Shown: positions 48,435 to 62,838, counted from the stretch's first letter. The stretch: DNA of 64,000 bases from Euprymna scolopes (GCA_053919585.1 CM132814.1), one strand, 5' to 3'. Numbers and translations are program-made. The notes: a model not told the origin generated them from the sequence alone.

Positions 48435-50880
48435 AATATTTATATGCATGTGAAATATAATTGTATAGTATTAATGTAAAATATATGTATTTATATATGT
48501 ATAGTATAATGTAAAATATATGAATTTATATGTATGAAAAATATAATTGTATAGTATAATGTAAAATATATGTGTTCATATGCATTTAAAATATAATTGT
48601 ATAGTATAATGTAAACTATATGTATTTATATGCGGTTTAAATATAATTGTACAGTATAATGTAAAATATATGTATTTACATGCATGTAAAATATAATTGT
48701 AAAACATAATGTAATATATATGTATTTATTTGCATGTAAAATATAATTGTATAGTATAATGTAAAATATATGTATTTATATGCATGTAAAATATAATTGT
48801 ATAGTATAATGCAAAAAATATTTTGTTATATGCATGTAAAATATAATTGTATAGTATAATGAAAAATATATGTATTTATATGCACGTAAAATATAATTGT
48901 ATAGTATAATGTAAAATATATTTAGTTATATGCATGTAAAATATAATTGTATAGTATAATGTAAAATATATGTATTTATATGCATGTAAAATATAATTGT
49001 ATAGTTTAATGCAAAATATATGCATTTATACGCATGTAAAATATAATTGTATAGTATAATGACAAAATATATCTAGTTATATTCATGTAAAATATAATTG
49101 TATAGTATAATGCAAAATATATTTAGTTATATGCATGTAAAATATAATTGTATAGTATAATGCAAAATATATGCATTATACGCATGTAACATATCATTGT
49201 ATAGTATAATGTAAAATATATTTAGTTATATGCATGTAAAATATAATTGTATATTATAATGTAAAATATATTTAGTTATATGCATGTAAAATATAATTGT
49301 ATAGTATAATGTAAAATATATGCATTTATACGCATGTAAAATATAATTGTATAGTATAAGGTAAAATATATTTAGTTATATGCATGTAAATATAATTGTA
49401 TAGTATAATGCAAAATATATTTAGTTATATGCATGTAAAAAATACTATAGTATAATGCAAAATATATTTAGCTATATGCATGTAAAATATAATTGTATAG
49501 TATAATGTAAAATATATGTATTTATATGCATGTAAAATATAATTGTCAAGTATAATGCAAAATATATTTAGTTATATGCATGTAAAATATAATTGTATAG
49601 TATAATGTAAAATATATTTAGTTATATGCATGTAAAATATAATTGTATAGTATAATGCAAAATATATTTAGTTATATGCATGTAAAATATAATTGTATAG
49701 TATAATGAGAAATATATTAAATTATATGCATGTAAAATATAATTGTATAGTATAATGTAAAATATATGTATTTATATGCATGTAAAATATCATTGTATAG
49801 TATAATGTAAAATATATTTAGTTATATGCATGTAAAATATAATTGTATAGTATAATGCAAAATATATGTATTTATATGCATGTAAAATATTATTGTATAA
49901 TTTAATGCAAAATATATGTATTTATATGCATGTAAAATATAATTGTATAGTTTAATGCAAAATATATTTAGTTATATGCATGTGAAACATAATTGTATAG
50001 TATAATGCAAAATATATTTAGTTATATGCATGTAAAATATAATTGTATAGTATAATGCAACATATATTTAGTTATATGCATGTAAAATATAATTGTATAG
50101 TATAATGTAAAATATATGTATTTATATGCATGTAAAATATAATTGTATAGTATAATGTAAAATATATGTATTTGTATGCATGTAAAATATAATTGTATAG
50201 TATAATGCAAAATATATGTATTTATATGCATGTAAAATATAATTGTATAGTATAATGTAAAATATATGTATATATACATGTATAGTATAATGTAAAATAT
50301 ATGCATTTATATNNNNNNNNNNNNNNNNNNNNNNNNNNNNNNNNNNNNNNNNNNNNNNNNNNNNNNNNNNNNNNNNNNNNNNNNNNNNNNNNNNNNNNNN
50401 NNNNNNNNNNNNNNNNNNNNNNNNNNNNNNNNNNNNNNNNNNNNNNNNNNNNNNNNNNNNNNNNNNNNNNNNNTATATGTATTTATATNNNNNNNNNNNN
50501 NNNNNNNNNNNNNNNNNNNNNNNNNNNNNNNNNNNNNNNNNNNNNNNNNNNNNNNNNNNNNNNNNNNNNNNNNNNNNNNNNNNNNNNNNNNNNNNNNNNN
50601 NNNNNNNNNNNNNNNNNNNNNNNNNNNNNNNNNNNNNNNNNNNNNNNNNNNNNNNNNNNNNNNNNNNNNNNNNNNNNNNNNNNNNNNNNNNNNNNNNNNN
50701 NNNNNNNNNNNNNNNNNNNNNNNNNNNNNNNNNNNNNNNNNNNNNNNNNNNNNNNNNNNNNNNNNNNNNNNNNNNNNNNNNNNNNNNNNNNNNNNNNNNN
50801 NNNNNNNNNNNNNNNNNNNNNNNTATATGTATTTATATATGTAAAGTATAATGTACAATATATGTATTCATATGCATGTA
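48435..50880. repeat. 50-bp AT-rich tandem satellite (dimer of two 25-bp subunits), runs into N gaps
   Basis: TGTAAAATATAATTGTATAGTATAA + TGTAAAATATATGTATTTATATGCA repeated about 37 times to 50312, resuming between and after the gaps. Confidence 0.97.
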
Positions 50881-52274
50881 AAAACTTCCTTCAGTCTTGG
50901 CAAACTATGGACACCCAAGGTAAGTCTGCAAGCGCGTGACATTTTTTGTAGCAAACAGTTGCGCAATCTCAAACCACACGTCTTGACATTGTTGACTACA
51001 AGTGTCAAGTGGCGGTTCAGGACGACTGGAAACAATGTCGATATAAGCGGAAAGCACATACAGCGCCTAGTATTCACATATGGTCGCCCATCTGGTTCTA
51101 GTCGAAGGCACAGCATAACCACGTTGACACACCGATTCCAGTCAGATCAACAAAATTANNNNNNNNNNNNNNNNNNNNNNNNNNNNNNNNNNNNNNNNNN
51201 NNNNNNNNNNNNNNNNNNNNNNNNNNNNNNNNNNNNNNNNNNNNNNNNNNNNNNNNNNNNNNNNNNNNNNNNNNNNNNNNNNNNNNNNNNNNNNNNNNNN
51301 NNNNNNNNNNNNNNNNNNNNNNNNGCATATCGTGAAATTTTTACCCATGTATCCAGTCTATATTCAGTCAAACACTTTATATTAGACTACATAACACTAC
51401 TTAATTCAATATAGATAAATATTAACACAATCCACTGATATAGTAAAACATTTGTTACACCATCATAGCAATGTAATATGCTATGTGAGTATGACGGTAT
51501 GCAGATGTTCGCGTGTGGTCAAGTCTTACACGTCAATGTTTTTACATTAGCATTGCTTTTCCTCATCAAATTAGAACATTCAGCTTTATACAGTAGTAAA
51601 CTTGCAAATATGTAGAGGTATCTGCATACTGGTATGAATTTTGATGCACATGTTACACATGTGGATACGAAATTAGTGACTATAAAACCTATGTCTTATA
51701 AAATCAATACAAGCAAACTAAAATAATATGAGAATATAATGAGCAAATGACAAATAATGATCATAAGAAGTTAAGTCCAGGTCTTTCCTCTTGTGAGCGC
51801 TGATAAAACATAGTAATTTAAAACACGTTTCAAACTAATCAATGTATACATAAACTACCGATTGTTTATATTCTCTTTTTCCCTCCTCTGTTTTGGACTC
51901 CTCTTTTTTTCTAATTGTAACGTTTCCACGTTTATACACGGGACCCACACGCTGTATGCAGTCTACGTCGTAAGGAATAAAAGAGGTAATAACTCAATTT
52001 CTTTTTTCTAAAAAGATTGATATCTTTATTCTGCCGCCACGTAAGAACATTGATTCCTTCATTCACCTTTTTGTTCATCATATTCTCTCTTCTTCACTAT
52101 TAGTTACCAAGTAAGATCTATGATTACTTGTAGTTTCATTAAATACTTTTTCAATCCAAATCTGATCCCGCCTTTTCTAAATCATACCCTCTGATTAGAA
52201 GGAAAGTATAGACACCGAACGGAAGACATGAAATGCCGAACCATATTTTTATTTAAGAAACACTTCTTATATTA

Positions 52275-52943
52275 TCTCTTCTCTATATAAATAAAATGAA
52301 CTCATTTTTCCCGTCGGATTTTGACATTAATAGGATGTAAAATCAAGATATTTCATGCAAATATAATATGCACAAACGGCAGAACAATATCTGAGATGTG
52401 TTATAGGCTTATTATTTCTCAAATTCCTCGATAATCTTAGATTTCTATACTTTTTCTGCTGAGAAGTCACGGCCAAAATCGGTTAAGATCAATGGAAGTG
52501 GTAAAATATTTTCTCTCTAATAAATTCCACCCCCCCCCCTGACACCACTTAACACCGTTTGGGGATCGTTCACAAGGAACAGTTGAGAAGAGAACACCGG
52601 TTTGGCTTCGTAGTTCTTTCATGTGAAGTTATTTAAAATCACAAAATTAAACCGCAGTGCTCTGTGGCGTAGTGGTTAGCGTGCTGGACAATTCACATTA
52701 TATTTTCACGTTCGCGCCGACCTACCGTAGTCGTTTTTTTTTTTTTTTTTCCTAAACAACTGGAATGGACTTTTCTTGGTGGCCGAACTGTTAACGTTGC
52801 AGATGGTTTTTTTTTCACACTTTATTTTCCTACTTTTACTCATGACTCCGGGTTTGATCCTTCCTACTTACCTACCATAACATTTTTTAAAACTCCCCCG
52901 TCCCGGAAACAAACACTCGGGCAACGCCGGGTACCCCAGCTAG
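52275..52943 (+). mobile_element. Non-autonomous Helitron
   Basis: 5' TC(TCTTCTCTATATAAATAAAATG) after an A; 3' hairpin CTCGGGCAACGCCGGG then CAGCTAG followed by T. Confidence 0.75.
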
Positions 52944-55054
52944 TCAAATAATAAAACAAATATTTATTTAGACAACTGAATTAGTTTTATTTTATTTTTT
53001 CTGTTTTAAAACAATAAAATGCACTACTGCAGTATACAGACGGCGGTCATCTTTTCACAAAACTGTCGTATACTATACACATATATATTTAAATCTTTTA
53101 TATTTGCATTACATTAAGAAAAATAGAATTTTTTAAATGAACATTTATTGTTTGGACAAACAATACACTATTTATATCTAATTTCTTAAATCCATACATA
53201 AGCGAATCTCATGAGTAGCAATGTAATTAGCAAAATATTGATTATCGTTTTATATAAGTTTGCTATTTACCACATACATAGAAAGTATACTTTAAATACT
53301 CAAACCCGTCAAGACAGATAGGGAAGGAAAAATTGAGTGAAACAAAAAGGATATGCGATTTTAGTATCCTAATAAAATATCCAGCCTTGAATAAAATAGG
53401 ATGGATTTATTAGGAACCAGATGGTATAGATAATTGGTACATTATACGTAAAATTTAATTATATTCGACGAATCATCTAGAGAAACACTGCAAATGGAGA
53501 ATTTAGACATTTTCCGTCTCGGTTTTTGATTTTGTAATATCAACAGAAATATGTTCTCTTTATTATAAAATAATGTCTACCTGGACAACATGAATATTCC
53601 AATTAAATAAAAAATCAGATTAAAATAATAGTAATTGAAATTTAAAAACCGTTACAGTTGTTACTTCTGGATTGGATTTTAAATGATAAAAAATAGATAT
53701 TACAAAACAAACGGTAATTTTGCTTTATATAAAAATAACGCTTAGGTTCTATATTCGAGTCTCTAAATGTATCTCTTTCTAATAGATTGAGCGAGGGTNN
53801 NNNNNNNNNNNNNNNNNNNNNNNNNNNNNNNNNNNNNNNNNNNNNNNNNNNNNNNNNNNNNNNNNNNNNNNNNNNNNNNNNNNNNNNNNNNNNNNNNNNN
53901 NNNNNNNNNNNNNNNNNNNNNNNNNNNNNNNNNNCATGGCGTTGCCTGGTATTTAATGATGATCAACAGATGTTTCAAGCTCCCATATTTTTATGGTATG
54001 CGCTATCGGCGAATTCGACATTTTTCAATAAAGTCCATCGATTACCGGATCTAGTAGAGTACCCATCGTAGTGCACCGGAGGGACGCTTTACATGCCTCC
54101 GCGCAAGGATTAAGTCCATCATACATTGCTGTCTAAATTGCAGTGTGAAGAACCTACTGTGCCTTTTTATAAAGGATAGTTTTCATATATAATGGCTTGA
54201 ATAAAATTTTAAAATATAAAATCCAGTAATGTGATTTAACTGTGCTCTAAACAAACATTCATTTCGAACACGACCCTAACATATGAAATAACCTACAATA
54301 GACCGTATATGCCAGATTCTACTGCTTTACGATTATAATTGTTTGAATTAAAGCTTAAACCTTCTCAAATGAAATTATGATATTAGGTCATGTAAGGTGT
54401 AATCTTTGCTCAGAATAGGTCGTTCTTCTTTCACCAGATTCTTTCGATTATCGATTATAGATACGTATAGATGACATTTTAATACAAAACCTATCTAAGA
54501 ACACAAATACGCACATGAAGTACCTTCTTGTGAAATATTTTAACATTGATACAAGAGTGCATAAGAAACGAACTCACATCCACACAAACACACAGGAACA
54601 CAGACACACAGACAAACACAAAGTTTCTGTTAATTAATAGTAGAGATAGATGTATGATCGTTTCGGCACACAATACCTTCTATCCATGTATTTATTGTAG
54701 ACAAGGTTGACCAGCAATTATAACTGATGGCGAGAATCAGTAATTTGATTTCTTCCGATATTTGTTTAGACTCAAATTTGCAGATGATTTCTAAAATAGA
54801 GCAGATTACTTTATTATCGAATAATACAACAATTGACAACAAGGGCTTTTGTTCAACAGTAATTTACCTAAGTTCATATACACCACACACAAATGATCCG
54901 TGTGGAATTAGAGACTGACGTCATTGTTCTGATTGCACTTGTTGAACTTTTTCTTCATCATACAAAATTCCAAGTTGCACTGTCACTATTACGACCCCGC
55001 TGTATTACACAATATAAACGGACTATTTGACAGCTATATGAATATCGAACTATC

Positions 55055-55122
<68 letters not shown>

Positions 55123-55144
55123 TATGTAAATATATACATATGTA

Positions 55145-55940
55145 CTAGCATGGGCGCTCGGCGTTGCCCGGGTGTTTGGATGTGTATGTTGAGCAAAAAA
55201 AGTTGTAGTAGATAGGCATGCTCGAACCCGTACCGCAAAGGAGGAAGAGGACGGGGTAAAACCTAACGTTTATTCTGTTACAACCACCGCCAATCCGGAA
55301 GCGACATTTTTTTAAAATTAAGGCTAGACAATCAAAAGGAGATAACTTTAAAAAAATTTCGGCGAAAAAAATGCCACCCTGTGGAAAAGTACCTAGTTGA
55401 AGGGGAAGATATTACTGTTTCTATATTTGTCGTATGAAAGATCGAACTTTAAAATAATACTGATCTTGGTAAAATCCGTCGCCTCCATTGAAATTTAAGG
55501 AATACATGCAAACATACTTACATAATACATATATATTGGTAACTAAAAATTTTCGACCCAAAGTGATGAAAAAGCTTACCCCATCTCTTAATACCCTTTA
55601 TGCAAAATTTCAAATATTTAGACCAGAAATTGTCTGAGTAATTTGGAAATGACCGAAGAGGCTAAATCTTTTTTTTAACTTTGACCCTTTAAAATTTATA
55701 GTTTTGGGCTCAAATCAAGTTATAAGTTAGATCCATATCCAAGGAACGTATATCTAAAATTTCAAGTGCGTAGACGTAAATTATCGGAGGAGTTCTGTAG
55801 CGTTCACAAAAGGTCAAATCGTTGAACTTTGACCCCTTAATCGCCAAATGTCTGGCTAAAAACGATCATATCGTTTTTACCAAATCTCAGTAACCTGTAT
55901 ATCAAATTTCGTGTCTGTGGATTAAACATTGAGTTATTGT
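55145..55940 (-). mobile_element. Non-autonomous Helitron (3' end clear, 5' end in gap)
   Basis: Minus strand AAACACCCGGGCAACGCCGAG..ATGCTAG|T; internal ~140-bp subrepeats with AAATTTC motif. Confidence 0.7.
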
Positions 55941-56080
55941 NNNNNNNNNNNNNNNNNNNNNNNNNNNNNNNNNNNNNNNNNNNNNNNNNNNNNNNNNNNN
56001 NNNNNNNNNNNNNNNNNNNNNNNNNNNNNNNNNNNNNNNNNNNNNNNNNNNNNNNNNNNNNNNNNNNNNNNNNNNNNNNN

Positions 56081-59000
56081 ATGATGAATGAGGGTTCAGT
56101 ATGCAATCATCAGCAGCTCCCAAGATCTGTGACGCCACATGCGTAATTGCAATCCTGTAGACGTCCGACACACTCCTCCGCAGATGATGAACTTTAATAT
56201 GCTCGTAGGTCAAAGATGCCTTCTCGAATGAACAGATAACCCTGCTTTGCTGCGTGCTCTGAAACCACAATGTCATACATATTCATTTTTGGGTGGATGT
56301 TTTTTGTGTTTTGCCTTTATATTTGCACGAAGGGTGTCCCTATGACAAAGGCGGTTATGTTCCAATTCGTTGGTCCCCAGGAAACACGTCTTCCTCAATT
56401 TTCTGCAATCCTCTGCTGCGCACTCCCAGGAACTCAGAGAAATTCCACAACGTTTCAGGTTGTCTTTTAGTTTATCTTTGTAACGAAGCAAGCGTCGCCC
56501 TATTGGACGGACAAAATTTGTCAGTTGCCCATAAAAAAGTTGCTTAGGAACTCTTGAGTCATCCATTCTTACAAGATGACCCGACCACCGCATTTGTATC
56601 CTGATCAAAAATGATTAAATACCAGTGATTTCACATCTCTCCAGTGATTCACTATTCGGAACACAATCCTGCCATCGAACATTGCAGATAAAACGCAGAC
56701 ATCTCATATGGAAGGAGTCAAGCTGATTTATATGCTTGCGGTACAAGGTCCACGTTTCGGCACCATACAGAAGAGTAGGCAGAACAACATATTTGTAGAC
56801 TGCCACCTTTACTTTTAGAGACATATCGTGGCTGTTCCAGAGTCTGTGTCGCAACCTTCCAAATGCCTCACTAGCTTCATTAATTCTACATTGGATGTCT
56901 TTTTCAAATTTAGCATCATCAGACACAATAGAGCCGAAGTATGTAAAAGAAGTTACTGTTTTCAAAGCTTTACCATCAACATATACCAATGGTTGTGAAG
57001 AGGACGTAGTGTTTGGTTTTGGCTGGTTAATAATTTCAGTCTTTTTTATGCTAATTGTAAGACCAAAGGCCTTACATGCACCAAAAAAGCTGTTGAGGAT
57101 GTTCTGCATGTCATCAAGACTATGGGTGGCAAGAGCACAGTCGTCAGCATAAAGGAGGTCAAGAAAAGTCTGCACAGATGTCTTGGTTTTGGCCTTTAAA
57201 CGTTGCTGGTTAAATAATCCTCCACTTGATCGATACTCAACACCTATGTCTCCTGAGGTGTTCCTGAAAGCTGTCTCAAGCATCACCGAAAATAAAAGAG
57301 CAAATAGGATCGGAGCAAGGACACCCCCTTGCTTTGTTCCATTTGACAATTCAAATGGTTCACTTTGTCCACAGCCAGATCGTACTGTCGCCACCAATCC
57401 CCAGCGAAAGGAGACAATCACATTCAACATCTCGTCCGGAATACAAAGCCTCCTCAAAACAGTCCACAGGGCATCCCTACAGACGGTATCAAATGCCCTT
57501 TTGAGGTCAACGATTGTGACAAACAAGTCCTTATTCTGCTCCCTTTCTTTCTCCTGTAGTTGCCGAAGAATGAGGATCATGTCCACAGTACCTCTTCCTG
57601 CCCTAAAACCACACTGGGTTTCTTGGAGCACAGTTTTACAGATTGAACCATTGAGTCTGTTTAGGATTACACGAGCTAGAATCTTACCAGCAACAGACAA
57701 AAGAGAAATTCCTCTATGGTTATCACACTCACACTTATTTCCTTTGTGCTTAAGCAGGTGAATAATTGATGCGTCTTTGAACTGTTGTGGCACGATACCA
57801 AGTGCCCATATTAATGAAAACAGGGCACTTAGTTTCCTGACCACCAGTTGGCTTCCACATTTGTATATTTCTGCAGGTATGCCGTCATCACCTGGAGCCT
57901 TACCATTTGAAAGTTGCTTCACAGCCCATTTAATCTATGACATGGATGGAGTATCAGCAAGCGCCTCGATTGTTGGCCTCTGAGGAATATCATCAATCAC
58001 TCCTCGATCCACTGTCGATTCTTTTGTTTAAAACAGTTGTAAAGTTTTTCTTTCTTATCAGTGAGGAGAATGCAAACCGACGAAAATATTGGAGATGCCC
58101 CCCTTAAAATGGGACCAAACACCCCCTTGAGGGTTTGATAGAATGATTTAAAATCGCACCTATCTGCCGCATCTTGTAAGGCCTCAGCTTTCTGCTTCCA
58201 CCAGATTTGTTTCATTTTCCGGAGCCGAGATTGTGCCAACTTTTTGGTCATTCTGAAAGCCTTGTGTTTCACTGAAGAATTATTGTCAGTAATCCATACT
58301 TGATGCGGTTGATGCATGTTATTGAGCAGTGGGACGATAGTTGGATCATTTTCATCAAACCAATCTTGTTTTTTCCTTCGAACATATCCTAATGACTCTT
58401 TAGCAGAGTCATAATCTGCAGTTTTAAACTCTCTCCAAGATGCCTTAATAGCATTTCCACATACAACGGAGGACAGCTTTTCATCAGTAGCCTTTTGAAA
58501 TGAGTGCATTATCTCCTTAACTTTCAACTTGCCTACATCAATTCTATTGATGGAAGAGTTACGTTGGTTTCGAACAGGGAGCTTGGTTTTCATCCTGACT
58601 GTGGAGCAGATAAATTTATGGTCTAACCAACATTCCCCGATGCTGTAAGAACGCGTAAGATTTATATCTTGTCGATCAGAACGATGTACAATGACATAAT
58701 CAATGAGATGATAATGATTAGACCGGGGATGTTTCCAACTGGCTTTCTTGCAGTTAGGCAGCTGAAACAGTGTATTAGTGAGCAAAAGATTGAATTCACT
58801 GCAAAGAGACAATAAGAGAACACCATTTGAGTTGACTTTACCAATTCCATGTGAACCAATGACATTTCTCCAGAATTGTGTATCACTACCCACACGAGCA
58901 TTAAAGTCACCCAAGACAAACAGCTTATCCTGTATACAGACCTTGTTGATTTGTTCGCGTAAAGAGAAGTAAAACCTTTCTTTTAGCTCATCAGATTAAT

Positions 59001-60150
59001 TAAGTGTAGGTGCATAGCAACTTAAAATTGTAGCATACTTGTCCTTTCCTACTGCAATGCGCAAGGACATAAGTCTGTCATTTATACAAACGGGCAGCGA
59101 CTCAAGATTTTTGGCAATATCAGTCCTGATGGCAAAACAAACACCAGATTCACGTTTCTCAGAACTTGGTTTTCCAATCCAATAAAAAGTGTATCCACCG
59201 TCAACTTCCTCTAGCTGTCCTGTATCAGCAACCCGAGTTTCTGAAAGATCTGCAATAGAAATGTTATGATGCCTTTACACACGTGTTAGGATAGCGGTTT
59301 TTCGTTCAGGGTTCTTTTTGTTATCCTGGAGTGTTCTTTCATTCCAAGTCGCAATGAACATATTCGTTCCATGTATTTTTTTTTCTATTATTGATTTGGG
59401 TGCAAATATTGGATGCCCAGACATCTGAACCTGATGACAGGGACCTGAGCAAGTAAACAATTGTTAGTTCACCTTTTATAGACCCCTCCCCATGAAGAGG
59501 AAAGCAGTGCCATCCAATAAAGGGTTGCTTTGTTATGAAAGGAGGACACGAGTCACACAATTACTTGCTGGTGTTGTGAAAAACGGCCATCTACCTTCCA
59601 CCACCTATGTGCAATGTTCATGCTAGGAACTACCAGTGACATCCTTCACCTGTTCCCGTAACAATCCCATCATCGACACAGGGTTTTATTAATTGATTAT
59701 TAGTTTTAAAAAAAGCACATATCGATGTACCAAACCTGAGGCTTAAATGGTCTGTAAAGGTGCACACATGTGCCACACGTCAGATGATAAAACGATCGCA
59801 GGGTTTTCTTGTAAGAGTGTTCCATCTCCTAGATCAGTTGTGAGCCAACACTAAGGGCTTCATCCACCCTAGTAAGCTTTCTGTGCAGCTAGATACCATA
59901 CCAGCTATTTCTTGGTCCTTGACTCTAACGGTTAGTTCAGTCTAGTGGACACATTGCTTAGCGATGCTGTACCAACACCGTCCGCTTACAAAGTTTGGCA
60001 GGCCTGCTGAGACAAGTACCCACGGTATAGCTCTTGGAGCTAGCAAGTGAGAAATTTAGGAGATGCCTGAGGACCAGTGATCTTTGCCAACCCTATTGGG
60101 TGCAGCAGCCAGAGACTAAAAGGTACTACCTCTACCTAGAGCCCCCTATA
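56081..60150 (-). mobile_element. RTE-clade LINE, apparently near full length
   Basis: Single APE-RT ORF with few lesions plus a long 5' region; (CAT)-like tail at 56081. 5' boundary approximate. Confidence 0.9.
56130..59361 (-). pseudogene. RTE ORF: AP endonuclease + reverse transcriptase
   Basis: IATWNERTL..PERKTA, LSETR, YAPT, GDFNARVG, HLIDYVI; GKAPGDDGIPAE, QCGFRAGRGTVDM, GTKQGGVLAPILF, LYADD, LLYGAETW, RWSGHLVRM. Confidence 0.95.
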
Positions 60151-60170
60151 CCCTATAATATAAATAATAC

Positions 60171-60249
<79 letters not shown>

Positions 60250-60429
60250 AAGTGTTAGGAGCCTACCAAAATGCAAGAAATCTGTATTCATCAAGTTGAA
60301 GCTGTTTAAATTTTGGTTCACTGCTAAATAAGTTTCGAACTTGGCTGTTCATAAAGAACGCGGCAGAAAATAGAATAACATATTTTAAATCTAATTTGAA
60401 TATGTTTCCATAGATTTCGAGTCTGGGGC

Positions 60430-61090
60430 TGAACAATTGGTTAGGATGGAGGACAAAATACTTCTTAAACAACTGTTTTATCGCGATATAGATGAAGGTA
60501 AAAGGCCACAGCATAAACCAAAGAAAAGGTATAAGGATTCTCTGAAAATTAATTTGAAAATACTTGAGATGTATATACATAATTGGGAAGCTGAAGCGAA
60601 ACATGAATCAATGTAAAGGAAAACCATCAGAGAAAGTTGTAAGATTTTTGAAGAGCGGCGTATAGAGCTTGCTGTCTTAAAATGCGTCTTAAGAAAGCAG
60701 GATGTAAGTGTAATGTCAGAGAAATTACAACAGGAATTAAAGTGCACTGTATGTGGCAGATGCTGTCTGTCAAAAGCTGGTGTTCTTTATCATATAAAAC
60801 CACATCATCAAACACATGGACGAAAGTCTTATGAGGAAGCTTTGACAGCAGACCTGGAAACACTAAGTTGTCATATATGTGGTCTAATCTGCAAATCTAA
60901 AATTTGTCTTACACGGAATTCGAAGATTTACAATATTTTCATGCGACCCCCTTTACAAGAAAGGGAACTTTTTATTATTTTATTATTGTGAACTTTTATG
61001 TAGGCCTAAAGTTGGATTAAAGATTCATGTACGAGAACTCGTACGTTATAACACATTAGAGATTGCAAACTTCTGTCAAGTAGTACAACT
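60430..61090 (+). mobile_element. 3' fragment of a second RTE-type LINE with C-terminal zinc-finger-like motifs
   Basis: GQLVRMEDKILLKQLFY..HKPKKRYKDSLK; CTVCGRCCLSKAGVLYHIKPH and CHICGLICKSK. Confidence 0.75.
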
Positions 61091-62187
61091 TACATACATA
61101 TATATATGCATATATATATATGTATGTGTGCGTGTGTGTGCGTGTGTGTGCGTGTGTATATATATGCTATAACTTGTCTCTTGAAATTTCGGCTCTCTAG
61201 GAACGCCTTTAGCGTGTTTGCTTAACTCACTCTCTCACCGACTCACCGACTCACCGACATCTCTCACAATGATAGTAGCAAATATTTCTTCCTCTTTAAT
61301 GTTAGTCCTCCTACAAAACTCTAAATCTCGAGGTTTTTGGATTGAAGTAATACTTACATCAAAAATACATCGATAGATTATTTTGTTTACTAAATGTATT
61401 AGTTTAATACGTTAGCAAAATGGCAGAATTTCACAAAGACAAACACCTAAGCATTACAACCATTCGTTTTTCGATTAACGATATGCTATTTACTAAAACG
61501 AACTACGCCTTCCCCATTTTCGCTAGCAGACACGTTACTTGAAACAAACAATCTTACGCACAGCATAAAATACTACATTATTCTTAGAAAAGATTTTACT
61601 TACTCCACTCTTTATATTTTATATTAAATCCGCGTACAATTTGTTAGGTTGAAGATGATACATTAGAATCCCCATAATTATTATTTCGTTATGGCGAGTA
61701 GGCAATCAAACATGTTGTTTGTGATTGGCGGTCAGCTAGTTGGATTTGCTTCTTGCTTTGCAAGCATTCTTTACTTTTTAAGTAGCGCCTTTGTCTTCTA
61801 CTTCGTTCACCTCTTAGTTTTTACCGTCTTCGTCTGTATCGTATTTTTCGCGCCTTTATCAACTTAAGTCTAACGCGCATTCGTCCCCTTTGTTTTACAG
61901 CCTCTTCTTGTCCTTTTTATTGTCTTCTACAGCTTCGAATTGTACTTGTGATTTTTTCCTTCTTTTTCTTTATAATCTTCTTTTTCAGATTTTTGATTTT
62001 TGGATTATCGTCTTCCTTGCATTTTTGAGCGTCTAATTCTTTTTCACCTTCTTTTTTTTCTACAGTTTCTTTTGCGGTGTTTCTTCTTTTTACAACGATT
62101 TCATTTTCAGGCACTAAAAAGTGGTTCTTCGTGTAATGTGCATATGAATATTCTCCATAACGACATACATGTTGAATAGATGGTTTT

Positions 62188-62235
<48 letters not shown>

Positions 62236-62409
62236 TGTACGTGCCAATGCGTGTATGAATATACGTTGAATCATTTAGTTGATCGTCTATTGTGTATATT
62301 TTAACATTTATGCAAGAGTTCTAACAGAAAACGATTGACGTGGACGTATCGAGATAGTTACAGACAAACAGACCATTATAACAGATGTAAATAACACAAC
62401 ATATACATG

Positions 62410-62838
62410 ATTTTTTTTTTTTTTTTTTACACAATGATCACCACTTATAAAGGCCCGGAAGCCACTCAGGGATAAGGGTTATTGCAAGTACATCACGTTA
62501 GTGAGGATATTTTATGAAGTGTTTAATTAGGGGGGGCGGTTCATTAGGAATTTGTTAACATTAGACTTGAATACATCCAAGTTGTAGTCCGGAGGGAAGC
62601 AGGCAGACGGAACAGAGTTCCACAGGCGTGCAGTTCTAAGAAAGAAGCTTTGCTCATGAAATCCGCGTTTTGATTTAGGCACAGATATTGAGTGGGGGAA
62701 ATTTTTCACAGTGGATTCAGCTAGACGGGTGTTTTTCGTGAAAGATTGGCGAGGGGGGACCAGGGATTGGAGTTCAGACGAGCACCTGCCATGAAAATAA
62801 CGATAAAACAAGGATAGGCTCGCAACGCCTCTTCTGTG
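62410..62838 (-). mobile_element. 5'-truncated CR1/L2-group LINE 3' end with poly(A) tail
   Basis: HRRGVASLSLFYRYFHGRCSSEL..SFFLRTARLWNS..FPPDYNL; 3' UTR shares GGCCCGGAAGCCACTC and TAAGGGTTATTGC with 10320-10380. Confidence 0.9.

Noticed and set aside
48435-50312. Regular repeat array as a CRISPR
   Set aside because: Units are contiguous with no unique spacers, there are no cas genes, and the context is eukaryotic.
50880-51157. Higher-GC unique segment with open frames on both strands as a host exon
   Set aside because: No recognisable domain, ambiguous splice sites, and it is flanked by a gap and satellite.
37138-56080. ORFs containing X runs and recurring N blocks, mostly ~135-165 nt
   Set aside because: Assembly gaps or masking, often where a simple repeat is expected; no biological inference is possible.
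61700-62114. Lys/Glu-rich minus-strand ORF with possible degenerate PHD (LINE ORF1-like)
   Set aside because: Low complexity; the Cys/His pattern only appears after assuming several mutations.
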